A DNA stretch of 64,000 nucleotides from Raillietiella orientalis (Eukaryota), in contig JAYWIR010000029.1 in assembly GCA_036172245.1 (NCBI GenBank), positions 2,046,001 to 2,110,000 of the forward strand, given 5' to 3'. Shown here in pieces: positions 1-10,697 of the stretch. The notes beneath the pieces were generated by a model, which did not search any database, was not told the origin of the DNA, and saw nothing but the letters and a program-made list of their open reading frames with translations. Position 1 is the stretch's first letter; the number at the start of each line of letters is the position of its first letter. A program made the translations under genes and the position numbers.

Positions 1-578
1 CTCAACTAAAGCGTCCTAAGGTGTTACGGCGAGAGAAACGAGTTCTCCCCTCCTCCTTCACCAGCAGGGATCGAGCCAGTGAGGGTGAAGACTGCCTTTC
101 CCAGTTGATTCATTGGGAGCGGGTTCAAGGGCGCGGCATCCGACCCGAGGATAGCAGCTTCCTTCACAGCCTTGAAAGCGATTCTTCTGGAAGGGGCGCC
201 GTGAAGCGGTGCGTTCACTTCCCACCCTTCCACCCCCTTCCCTTCGGATGACAACCGCCACTCGATCTCTGCGAGCCTCCTGGGATGCGGTGTTTGGAGA
301 AAGCAGGAGGTTGCGGGAGAAATAGGGAAGAAGGAGGAATCCTACAGGTGCTCGTCGGTGCTGCACTGACGAGGTGCTGTCAATGAGCGGCTCTGGTTGG
401 GCTGACGCCATGACGGCTACCCTAGGAGCCGCTCGTCGTTGAGAAAGCAGGTTTTTTTCGTGGTGACCCACAGGAGGGACCTCCCCACAAAGTCAACACA
501 AGTGCAACTGTTTACCCCTCTGGGATGACCAGAAAGTTCGAGAATCGCGGTTCCTCTGGTCATCCCGGGCTCTGGGGG

Positions 579-584
579 TTTATT
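579..584 (-). terminator. Candidate polyadenylation signal of gene 1
   Basis: AATAAA on the minus strand about 45 nt after the stop, with GT-rich sequence further downstream. Confidence 0.45.
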
Positions 585-628
585 GCTTCAAGTGACCTTC
601 GCTCTCCCGTCTTTCGACCCTTGCGTGG

Positions 629-790
629 TCAGCCTTTGCTCATCGTACCTTCGATCCAGTTGACAAATCTGGATATGTTGGAGTACACTCCAGGCAGGTT
701 GCTTCTTGCGCACCCGATGCCCCAGCTGACCACCCCTATGAGGTAGAACTTGTTGTCCTTCTCCATCGTCAGCGGGCTGCCGCTATCTCC
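629..790 (-). CDS. Gene 1 last exon (catalytic Ser)
   Basis: cacag/GGAGATAGC... encodes [53 protein letters not shown], with TGA at 631-629. Confidence 0.95.
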   Translation of the reverse strand, partial: GDSGSPLTMEKDNKFYLIGVVSWGIGCARSNLPGVYSNISRFVNWIEGTMSKG

Positions 791-3700
791 CTGTGGGAAT
801 TCCCTCTGGCCACGCAACCAGCCGCGGAAACTGACCTGGCAGGAATCTTTGCCGCCGTTCCTGTACCCGGCACACAAGAAGACGTTGTGTATGATTTCCC
901 GGCGCCCGGCGTCCTTGTACCACTGCTGACACTCCTCGTTCTTGATGATCTTCACACTTGCCTCCTGCAGGATGCCCGGGGTGGCGCTGTTCCCTGGAAT
1001 GGAAGAACGCGATCATGGGCATCATTCCCGGAGAAGGGAAGGACATCCTCCCACCGTGGTCCGTCCTGCCCCATCCTATGACTTGAGCGGTCTTCCCCAC
1101 GAAACTCTCGCCCTGCTTCGGCAAACACGCGGGGATGATGTGCTCCCTGAAGACGACGTCACTGTCCAGTTTCAGCAGGGCAAGGTCGTTCCGGAAGTCC
1201 GAGGGGTCGTAGCGGGGGTGAACCTGGAGGTAATGGACCGGCAGGCAGTTGAACGGAAACGACCAGCAGCCCCATTCCCTCGCGAAGAGCCCAACGAACC
1301 TCTTTCTTCTGCACGGCGTACTCCTGGTAGGGAAACTTCTCAGAGGCCGAGCGGATGTTCCACTCCCCGAGGCGGACCTTCAGGTTGTTCACGTTCATCC
1401 TGGAAGAAGGACAAGAGGATGACGGCGTCCCATCCGAGGGAGCCGCCAGCCCGGGAAGGAGGTGGAAATGGAGAACGAAGGAGGAAGCCGGGAAAGGGAT
1501 CCGTCTAGCGGACCGAGAAGACGAGCATCTCTACGACAGGAGCATCCCCCCTCTTCCCCCCTTCCCCTTGAGAGAGTGGAAAGGACGGCGGCGGTGATGG
1601 CAACTTACTTTTGGACGCAGTGTCCTGCCGTCACCACCCATCTCGGAGCGAGGAGGGTGCCTCCGCAGGAGATCCGCTTGGTCACGAAACCTTCCTTTAT
1701 TATGGCGGCCTGAAACACAGGGAGCGCCGGATGCAGAAAGAGCCGTGACCTCGTCTCTCTCCGAGGTCATCTCAGAGTGGGGGGCAGAGCGATCGGGGAC
1801 GAGTTGCTGCGCAGGGGCGCAGGTCAAAGAGGGAAGTCCCGAGAGAAGGCTCCGCTCCCTCCCGGAGAAGGGCGTGGACTTCCTCAGGAAGAGCTGGTGC
1901 CACGTTGGGGGAGAACTGGGGATCGGACCGAGACAGGAATCCGGTTCCCCCTTCAAGGGAGAGTCCCGAAAGACTCCTCCTCAGGAGGAGGAGGATAAGT
2001 CTCTTTCCGCTCCTTCCATGGGAGAGAGAGACGTTCTCTCTTTCTCCTCCTCCTCCCGCTTCTCCGTGAAGATGAGGATCCAGTGGTCCTTCGCGCCATC
2101 CGAGATGCCCGGGGACGCCGTCGCAGCCTTTCGGGCGCGAAATGCTCCCTGCCCACACAGGTCCGCGTCATCCTCTCCCGGAAAATAGGAGGGGGAGAGA
2201 GTCCTCTGTCGGTCCTGCGGACGTGGACGGATCATCTCTCGGGACATCCTTCGTCTCTCCAAGAGGCTCCCCGGACGTCCGCAAACAGAAGGAGACGACG
2301 TGATGGTGCTCGGCAAGAGGTGCCTACGTGCCCACAGCATCCATTCCTTTGTCATGGAAGAGGAAGGAAAGAAGGAGAAGAAGGAAGAGAAGGGGAAGGG
2401 AGGAAGGAAGGCAGAAAAGAGGAGGAGGAAGGAGCCGTGACCGCGGACGTTGTCGAGCGTGGGACAAGGGAGGAGGGGGCCGTTTCTTTACCCCATCGTC
2501 CCCAGCGCTCCGCCTTCTCCCTCCACAAAGGGAAAGCAGAGACTCCTTGGTCTCCCCACAGAGAAGAGGGGGACGCCCCCTTCTTCAATCCCCACTCAGA
2601 AGGGGGAAGAGGGACTTAGCGTTTCCGTCCCGTTCATTCCTTGCAGGACAGTCGTGAGAACCGGCCTGACGGGACCATGAGGAGAGGATCATTCGACCTT
2701 CGTGAGCAGCCAGCCATCCTGAGTCAAGGGTGACCTCAGCGTCGGGTTCGCCACCTCGACTTCTTTACAATGTTAACGGTTCTTCTTCCCTTCCTCCTTC
2801 TCTTCCCGATGCGGAGGAAGGTACCCTCTCCTGTATCCCGTAGAAGAATGGGGATGGGAGGGCGGCATGCAGAGAGAGCACCCTGCGGAGGCGGCGGAGG
2901 TGCCTTCTCGGAGGGAGGAGGAGGCGACGGGAGAGGGAGGATTGGAGAAGAACGGAGGGTTCATCTTACTTGCCAGGGGTGTCTTCCGAAAACAGAGTCC
3001 TGTCCTCCCACGATTCGCCCCGACTTCAGGTACACCTGACCACACTCTGGAAAGACAAATGTGAGTTAGGAAAGGAGTTCCGCGGGCTGCTTCCCCGCCC
3101 GTGCCCCGGGGCTAGGAGAACGCTGGTGCAACGAAGGGTTCCTTCTCCGCACGTCCGGAGGAACTGCCCGGAAAGTGCGGGTGGGTGGCAAAACGGTGGT
3201 GCCGTGCAGGCGGGAGCAGATCGTGCGCGACCCTGCACCGGTGTGTACGAGCTCCAGAGAGACAGCACGGCCCTCCCGTGTGGACGGCTGCCCTCTTCCT
3301 TTCGCGTTCGGCCGACCGACATGCGTTCGTTTCCCCAGAGAAACCGCTCTCGAAAGCCGGACCTCCCCTTCGTTCTGCGGAGGGTCACGCAACGGTCGCA
3401 CACGGAAAGAGGGAGTTCGAGTACGAATCTTCCGTTTTTTTTCCCCCTTTTCTCCAAGAGCTTCTCTCAGGAGAGAAAGACAGGGAAGGGGGGATGCTGC
3501 CGTCCCCTTCCCCAGCCACATGCTCTCGCACGCTTACTGAGTGAAGGAGAAGTAGCTCCGCCCAGTGAAGGGGTAGCCAGACGATCCCCCTCTAAGATGA
3601 GGCTGGTCTCTTCCTCCCGCCGCTGCAGGAGGTTTCCCAATGCCAGGAAGAGGTAGGGAGGCCTTCAGGGCTACCTCCCCTTCCAGTAGGGGAAGAGCGA

Positions 3701-6700
3701 ACAGGGAACCTTGCTCTGCTTGTTGATGGGATCCCTCGTGGGCGCTTTCCCTTTTTGCTCTCAGAGCTCCCTTCCGGATGCGTGGAAAGCTCTGGAAACC
3801 TCGTCGCCTGCTCTTTCGCCAGGTGCCCATCGAGGAAATCTCCCGTGGGTGGCCTTCGCTTCCTGAGAGCAACGAGCGGAGGATTGCAGGCAAGGAAACA
3901 AGCGGGGCCCGTGCTTCCCTCCTTCCAGAGAAGATGGTCAGACAGGAGCCGGCGTGTCAACGGTATCCACTGCGTTGCCATGAGAAAGGGAACGGGAAAG
4001 AAGAGGAGGAAAGGAGGAAGGGAGGAGGAGGAAAGGAGAAAAAGGAAAGGAGGAAAAGGAAAGGAGGGAGGAAGAGAAGACGAGGAGGAAGAGAAAGAGG
4101 AGGAGAGAAGAAGAGGAGGAGGAAGGGGGGAGGAGACAAGCAGTTGCCTCGCAGTGGCTCGAAAGACGGAGCGGAAATGCTTCCCCACTCCCTCCCCTAC
4201 CCTCTGCGCGCGTGCACCCGCGTGTGTGCCCGCACTCGCGACCATGGAAACGCCTGTGGCAGCTACAGCGAAGAGAAAAGCAGGTCCGCGTCCCTAGCTG
4301 CAGCCAAACTGGAGTGGAGAAATGGGAGGCTGGGGACAGGGCGTGAGGGGTGGGATCCAGGTATCCCAAAACGTTCCGCGTCCCCAGAGAGGGAGCGAAG
4401 GGGAAAAGGAGTGGTAATCGCGACAGGGGATGTTCCTAACTTTCGGGCACGGCTATCCTCCGGAGCCATCATTCCCCACAGCCCACTGCGTCTTCTACAT
4501 CCCCTCCTCGCTCTTCCTTCCTTCCCACTGCTCGCCAAATGCCCACGCCCCAACAGAGGTGCCCTGGAGGTGCAAGCGTGCTGGAGGTGCTAGTAGTGGT
4601 ATCTGTGGTTACCATGGAATCCGGCGGACGCCTGTGGCTTATTGTGCGGCGGTCTGCGGGTCGGCCTGTGGTAGGAGGGCGGCCTCACTGCAGCGTGGGG
4701 ACGAGGTGAGCCCTCCACCACGACTGGCAGGTTGGAGTAGAAGGGGAAGGAAGAGGGGTACCCCGGGCGTCCCAGGAGGAAAGGAGACGGGAGCGAAGAC
4801 AGTGCGTGGTACGAAGAGGGTGGCGGACGCAGCATAACGTGGAAGGCATCCGGCGGTCTCATGAACCAGTTAAGGGTCACAGGAGTACCTGAGTCACAGG
4901 AGTATTCTCTCAAGGTTCCGCTCACACGCCCACCCCATCTTCCTTCCCTCTCCCGTGAATTGCTGCGGCTTTTCGTCCTCGCCGCTCCTTTGGGTCCTCC
5001 CTTTCCCTTTTCCCTTCCCGACCTCGCTACTCACTTGCGTCAGTCACCAAACCCGCTCCTGAAGCCGCCGAGTCGACCCTGTTCTTCGGCACGCAGCAGC
5101 TCCAAAGGAGTCCACCACCACACAAGTCCATCGGAAGGGCTCCCTGGAGCACGCAGGATATGCTCAGACCGCAGGAGAAGTTGGTTCCGTAGTAGACGCA
5201 TTGGCGTAGTATGGCTGGAACCGACAGGATGAAGGAGGGCTTCCGAAAGCAGCAGGGGACGAGCGTGCGCGCTCCCACGCCCTTGATAGAGGCAGAGCCA
5301 GGAGGTCTCGCCGGAAGATGCCTCGGCGGAAAGTGGTGCGTCGTATTCAAGAGTGGGGAGCAACAGACGCAAAGCGGAGGATGAAGAGAAGGAAGAAGGG
5401 AGGCGGAGAGGGAGAAGAAAGAGAAGAAGTAGAGAAGAGCCATCCTGCCTGTTTCCAAGAAAGAGAGGAGAGGAGTCCAGATGATTTTTCTTTGCACCAT
5501 GGATGGAGCGGAGGGAGGTCCCGTCCACACCGCACCACTCGTCAGGGGAGAGGAGCCGTGGGAATAATCTGTCCTGGAGGATCCCCTGTCAATTTCAAAA
5601 GAACCTCGAGGTTTCCCTGGGAGAGCAATCCTTGCCCGATTTTCGCACGTGGAATGCACTCTCCTTTTTGGGAACCATTCCGGAACCCGATGTCCGCTCA
5701 TCAGAGGATCGGGGCCCGAGGGGGTGGATCCTTACACTAGAGCGAGCCTTTCCCTCCCACGCCTGTACCCATGGACACGTCCCTTCGCATCATCTCAGCT
5801 TCCGCTTTTGGTAGCCTATGAATAAACGCTCTGTCCCTCGAAAAACGCTGCAGGGAGACTGCTGTCTTCCTCCACGAACGCTCCCGGGTCACTTCCATGC
5901 CGAGGGATGGCCGACCTCGGACAGCACTGGGTGCACTCGCAGTTCGAATACGGTCCCTCGACCACGATTCAACCCAATCCCAATTGGGGAAGAGGAGGAA
6001 AGGTGGGATGGCAACTTCACCTCTTTGCAGCTTCATGACCTTCCCCTTCCGAGTGATCCCATCGCGTGGCTCCGTCATAATGCTGCTCCTCCTGGAGCAC
6101 CTCCTTCCTGCCTTGCTCTTCCCAGGAGAACGAAAACGCGCCAGTGGAAAGGGGACGGCACTTGCGCGCATCTTCGAGAGGTCGAGGAGGCTAGTTGGCG
6201 GTCCAAACCTTCCCCTCTTGACGTTCGGTGATCAGGGATGCCAGTGGCCCTCGGGCATCTGGGTCTCCCGTCGCAAAGTTCGCCATAGATTCTCTTTTTC
6301 GACTGTTCGTGATTTCTCTTAAGGTCATCAGGAAGTCATCCGTGACGAAGCCTGCTGTCCCTGGGGGAAGAGCAAGCAAAGGAAGCTCCAAGGATCCCCT
6401 CTCGTGCCGCTCCTTCCTCGTGGTCAGGAGCTGATTGTTCCCCTGATCTCTTCGTCTCCTGGAACCTCTCTCAAGAACACTCTGTCTCCCTCCCAAGGTA
6501 GTGACGCCTTCCCGTGTCCCTCTCCGAGTTCTAGGAAGGTTCCTGGACCACTGCTCGGCGACGAGCCTGCAAGAAGGCTCCCGGGAACCTTTCGCACTCG
6601 TGCATACCCCGAGGGCTAGGCTACAGCCATTCCACCCTGTATTCAAGACGAGATCAGCGGCAACTGCCCCGACTTTGTCGGTAATTCCTGGGGAATCCGT

Positions 6701-9700
6701 TCTGCTAACTCCAGACTCCTTCCTCTTCCCGCTGGAACCTTCACGTTCACCCGAGAGTCTCCCGAATGCCTCTCTGTTTATCCCGTTCTTCCTTTCTCGC
6801 AAAGGATCCATCCTGTGTGCCGCAGCTTCCCTCCCACCCTCACGAAAAACCACTTCAGAAATCGTAATCGTGGTGACAGTACGATGGAAGGATGAGAATT
6901 TCCCTTCAGAGGAGGTATGACCTTGGGTAGGACGCTTGGCGGGACCTTAGGGTCGGGAAACAGCATTCAAGGAAGCGAGAACCCGAGAATCGGTTCAGGG
7001 AAAACTACTGGTCTCGGAGGGAGCTGACCTCTGGATCCCACAATTGGGGTGCCACTCCCGTTTTTCCTCCTTCCATCTCCTTGGAGATGGAGCGGTGTAC
7101 AAACAGAAGTCGACACGAGTGCGAAGAAAAGGCGAGGGTGCGGATGCGCGTTTTGCTCCCGGGAAACGGAGCTCACGCCTCCGCCACTCAGCAGCGGGTT
7201 TTCGTTGTGATGTATTCGTCCGCTCGGCTGATAGCAACAGGCAGCATCTTTCGTGCCGCTCTCGACTGCTCCGGAAGCGATGGTCCAGCTGCCAGAGCTC
7301 CATCCTCTCCATGCAGGTAGAGTCGTGCAGCAGGCCACTGCTCCCAGTTTAGTGTCGAGGCGGCATCTTCCGCTGAGCAACGGAGAGAGAGGACTGGGGG
7401 AGGAGCAACCTGTCTCCGGGGAATATGCCCCTCCGCCGAAAGGACGCGCAGCTCAGCAAAGGTCGCGGCGAGCGACATTTCGTGGGAGAAGCGTAGTGCC
7501 TGGACAGCGGAAAGGGAAAGTGCGAGGTCGAGCGTGGAAAGAGGTGCATGGAAGGATCAGGTGCGACAACACGGGATTCAGAGAAAGTGCCTCTTGTCGC
7601 TTGTTAAGTCCAAGGCCGGACGATTCTTGCCATCTTGACCTCAGACAGGGGTCAGCTGCGAAAACTTCCACTCTTCCAGGGAGACCCCCGAAGAGATCGA
7701 TAGCAACCCACTTTCCCTTTCCTTTTCTTCTTGAAATGCAGACCTTGCGGTCTGTTTGGAGGAGTTTCGTTTCTGAGGGAGACGGGGCGCATCTCCCAGC
7801 AAGGAGGCAATCCGTTTCCTGATCTGACCGGACGGGAACGTCATCCCATCTTTGGCATGACTCTTGGCCATCCGCAGCAGCAGACTGGGATGCAGCTTCA
7901 TGCGTCATGAAGGATATGAGCGTGGATCCTTGACCTCTCTTGGGGGAAATTCGCTTCTTCCTGGAGACTGGCTCAAGGACAGCTGAAGAGGACGGCGTAC
8001 TCGCAGAGAAGCTGCCAATCAAGCAGGTAGCCAAAGAGAACTGCCTTGACCCCTTTCCTTCTTTTTCAGAATGGGGTTCCTTCGGACAGGCACTTCGGGC
8101 CACATGCCTCTCGCGGTCGCTTTCTCAAGAGGCTCACGGGTCCGGTCAATCTCTCGGCAGCACTCTTGCGTCCTAGGAGACGCCATTCCATCTTCAGATT
8201 CTCTGTCGACAGTCATTTCTCCCTCTCGTCTCTGCATGTGATTTCGCGGGAATTCTCTGCCGTTCGCTCCCAAATCTCTTCGATTCGTGGGCTCTGCTGC
8301 TCCTTGGTCGTGCATCTTCTTATCCATCGTGACCTAAGCAACCAGTGCTTGTCCTAAGCCTTTCGGTGCACCTTCCAGGGTCCCTCCTTCAAAGAGCTAC
8401 TCCGAAAGTCGTTGCTCTTCCTCCTTCTCCTCATCTCTTGCCACATTTCTCTTGTTAAAAGGATTGCCAGAATCTCCTTTTGTTGCCCTTTCCGACGTAG
8501 GAGAGGTAAAAAAATAAAACTGCGGAAGAAAGCGGTTGTAGTCGCACGATCAGGAGGCAGGAACCGCCCGCAACCGTCTCCAGATGACGTCATTTCGATG
8601 GTTTCCTTGGAAACAGTTCTTCCCTGGGTCCAAAGAAAGGTTTGTCCAGGATCGCTTCGGGAGCGGGTCGCTACTGAGGAAGGCTTCTTCCCTCGGAGCG
8701 GAAACGAGTCTTTGTCGAGGGCTGGGGTGAGGCTCTCAGCTTTCTCTCAGCACTGGGCCAGCTCCAAAGGGGATGCTGAGTCATGAGCGGTCATGAGTCG
8801 CCGCTCCGCGAAGGATTTCGTGGCAAGCGTACTCGCGTTCCGGAGTTTCCACGGCGGGCACCTCGGAGGCTCTGGAGAGAGGAAAGAAGGACCACCTAAG
8901 GGCGCTCCCGCACCGGCGTCCGATGTCTAGGTAAAACCGGACCAAACTGCGGATTCTGCGACGCTCTTCACGTCCACTCGCGCACCCGTCTCGGGAGGCG
9001 GACCTCTGAGCAAGGACTGCGCACCCCTGGATCTACGGTCACATCAGGAACCTCGACTCTCCCCGGAGCGTGTTTGGGAGCAGCGCTGCTTCCACCTGGG
9101 ACCGAAGTTTCCCGGATTCTCGGAAGTTTCCGACTCCCTAGATGGCGTAGAATCCTTTCGTCGGCCGAAGGATTTCCTTTCTGGGGATGCGGGCGCGATC
9201 CCATGCCTCGTCCTCTCCTGTTGCCTCTCGGAGAGCATATGTTTGGGGATTAGCTCCACCCGGAGCGGCTCCTGTTGAACTGTGGCAGGAGAGAAGGGGT
9301 AGAATCCGAGCGCAGGGCCCGTCAGATTTCCTCGGGAAGCTCGTGGACACACCGCTCGTGCCGGAGAACGACATGTGTGAGGGCGGTGCACGCGGGGTGG
9401 AGGCGCTGTGGCCGCCACGGCACCAAGGCTGACCCTGAACCATTTCTTTCACCTTCGCTCCTTCTTCCCCCTTCTCCTCGTGTTTCGGGAGGTCGCTGTC
9501 ACTTTTTCCTGTCCAAAGCTCGGAAAGTTCGAGGGCATGCAGTAGGGCCCTTCGACGAGGGCATCCAAGATCCATCCGAGAGATTCCACCGTCTATCCCT
9601 CCCTCCCTCCCTCACACTCGTCCCCCTCACTCTCCGATCGAGGGCTCCACTTAGGGGGCCGAGACGGCGGGGAATGAAATCCGGGATTCCCGGACGACCA

Positions 9701-10697
9701 CTTCCCGCAAGGTGGCGACAGCAACAGTTTTGGCAGAAGCGGCAGGCTCGACGCGTCCTCCGCGCACGTGTCCCGCCGTCGCCAAGGAGTGAACGACGTG
9801 GCGACCGTGGTCGAGGCTGCACCTCTCCACCACTCGTCAGGTGATCGTAGCGGCCATCGCCCGAGCGCTCGCCGAGCACTCGTTTCGAGGGTGTACGAGG
9901 GGCGCACGCGCCTCGCCGCCGGGGCTGCAGCCACCACGGCGTGCGAGGGTCAAAAGTTTCCCTCGCCTCCAAACGTGCGTGACGCAGCGCGAGGCGGAGG
10001 GAGAGGAGAAGAAACGACCTCTCGCGGGGCGCCAGATCTTCGCGTCTACAGGGCCACCCGCCTCCTCCCGGGAAAGGAACCTCACGCTTGTCTCTTCTCG
10101 GATGGCGCGCCGGGGGTAATCCGGAAACGCCGCAGGGATCCGGAAAAGACGTTCCAGGAATCGCGGTAAGGGTGGGGGGGGGAGGGGTCGGTAGAAGGAA
10201 AGGCGCGAGACGCGGGAGGTCTCCTGGGACCGTCCTCCCCACTCCCTCCTCCTCCACCTCATCCGAGCGACGGTCGCGGGGAAGCGGCGGATCTTCAGGA
10301 ACCCCTCCGGCATCCTCGGGAGGCGGAAACGATTAGTTCTTAAATCCAAACCTCTGTTGAAGACGCTCTGGCGAGCTTCGGCGGCGGTCGTGTTCAGCGT
10401 CCTTATGTAGAAGAGTAGCTCTTCCTGGGGGACAAGTAGGAGATCGGCGTCGAGCGGGGATCTCCGGCCCACCAGGACGTCCTCCACCAGCTTCCTATTG
10501 TCGTCGCGTCCCAGGCTCACCCTGCGCGTTTCTCGCGCGTCCTCGGGGCTGCTCGATGGATTGCCGTCGGGGAAGACGGCGGCGGTCCGGCCCGGACGGA
10601 GCGCCCGCCGGCAGGGAGCCACGAGCAGGAGGAGGAGGAGGAGGAGGGAAAAAGGGGGGAAGAGGGGTGTCACCCGCGCCAATCCTTCACGGCACAT
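629..10697 (-). CDS. Gene 1: clip-domain trypsin-like serine protease, Stubble/Notopleural family, CG8172-like (spliced model, 567 aa with N-terminal module B)
   Basis: Exons (minus strand) 10697-10258, 5321-5281, 5214-5035, 4888-4613, 3046-2970, 1709-1609, 1399-1300, 1223-1055, 993-836, 790-629 sum to 1704 nt with consistent phases. Motifs: 6-Cys clip knot [16 protein letters not shown]...DLC...WSCC, activation site R/IVGG, TAGHC, NDLALL, GWG, DSCQ/GDSGSP, VSWGIGC. The protease and clip exons are secure; the 5' exons are inferred. Confidence 0.85.
836..993 (-). CDS. Gene 1 exon (S1 pocket Asp)
   Basis: ccag/GG AAC...: [52 protein letters not shown]/gtcagt. Confidence 0.93.
1055..1223 (-). 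CDS. Gene 1 exon (catalytic Asp)
   Basis: ctccag/[57 protein letters not shown]/gtggga. Confidence 0.93.
1300..1399 (-). CDS. Gene 1 exon
   Basis: ttccag/[33 protein letters not shown]/gttcgt; contains the trypsin-family VRLGEW motif. Confidence 0.92.
1609..1709 (-). CDS. Gene 1 exon (catalytic His)
   Basis: tttcag/[34 protein letters not shown]/gtaagt; not represented in the ORF track. Confidence 0.93.
2970..3046 (-). CDS. Gene 1 exon (zymogen activation site)
   Basis: ttccag/AG TGT...: [25 protein letters not shown]/gtaaga. Confidence 0.93.
3982..4140 (+). repeat. Polypurine (GA-rich) low-complexity tract
   Basis: About 160 nt almost exclusively A/G, in a gene 1 intron. Confidence 0.85.
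4613..4888 (-). CDS. Gene 1 Pro/Ser-rich linker exon (symmetrical phase 1-1, candidate cassette exon)
   Basis: ctcag/...[26 protein letters not shown]...[24 protein letters not shown]/gtaacc; 276 nt, open frame, lies between the clip and protease exons. Confidence 0.55.
5035..5214 (-). CDS. Gene 1 clip (disulfide-knot) domain exon
   Basis: ttccag/[59 protein letters not shown]/gtgagt; six cysteines ending in CC. Confidence 0.9.
5281..5321 (-). CDS. Gene 1 candidate 41-nt exon ([13 protein letters not shown]); may instead extend to an ATG at 5443 as a first exon
   Basis: In frame with the clip exon. Needs a GC donor (AAG G/gcgtgg) and, if internal, a GAG acceptor (tttccgccgag/). Confidence 0.45.
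10258..10697 (-). CDS. Gene 1 candidate N-terminal module B (hydrophobic leader plus ectodomain)
   Basis: [29 protein letters not shown]...[37 protein letters not shown]...PATVARMR/gtggag; coding-like third-position C/G bias over about 10260-10520; phase-2 donor matches the 5321 acceptor. Confidence 0.55.

Noticed and set aside
942..1508. Plus-strand ORFs over the protease exons (also 15365-16234, 37569-38331)
   Set aside because: Antisense shadows of minus-strand coding exons
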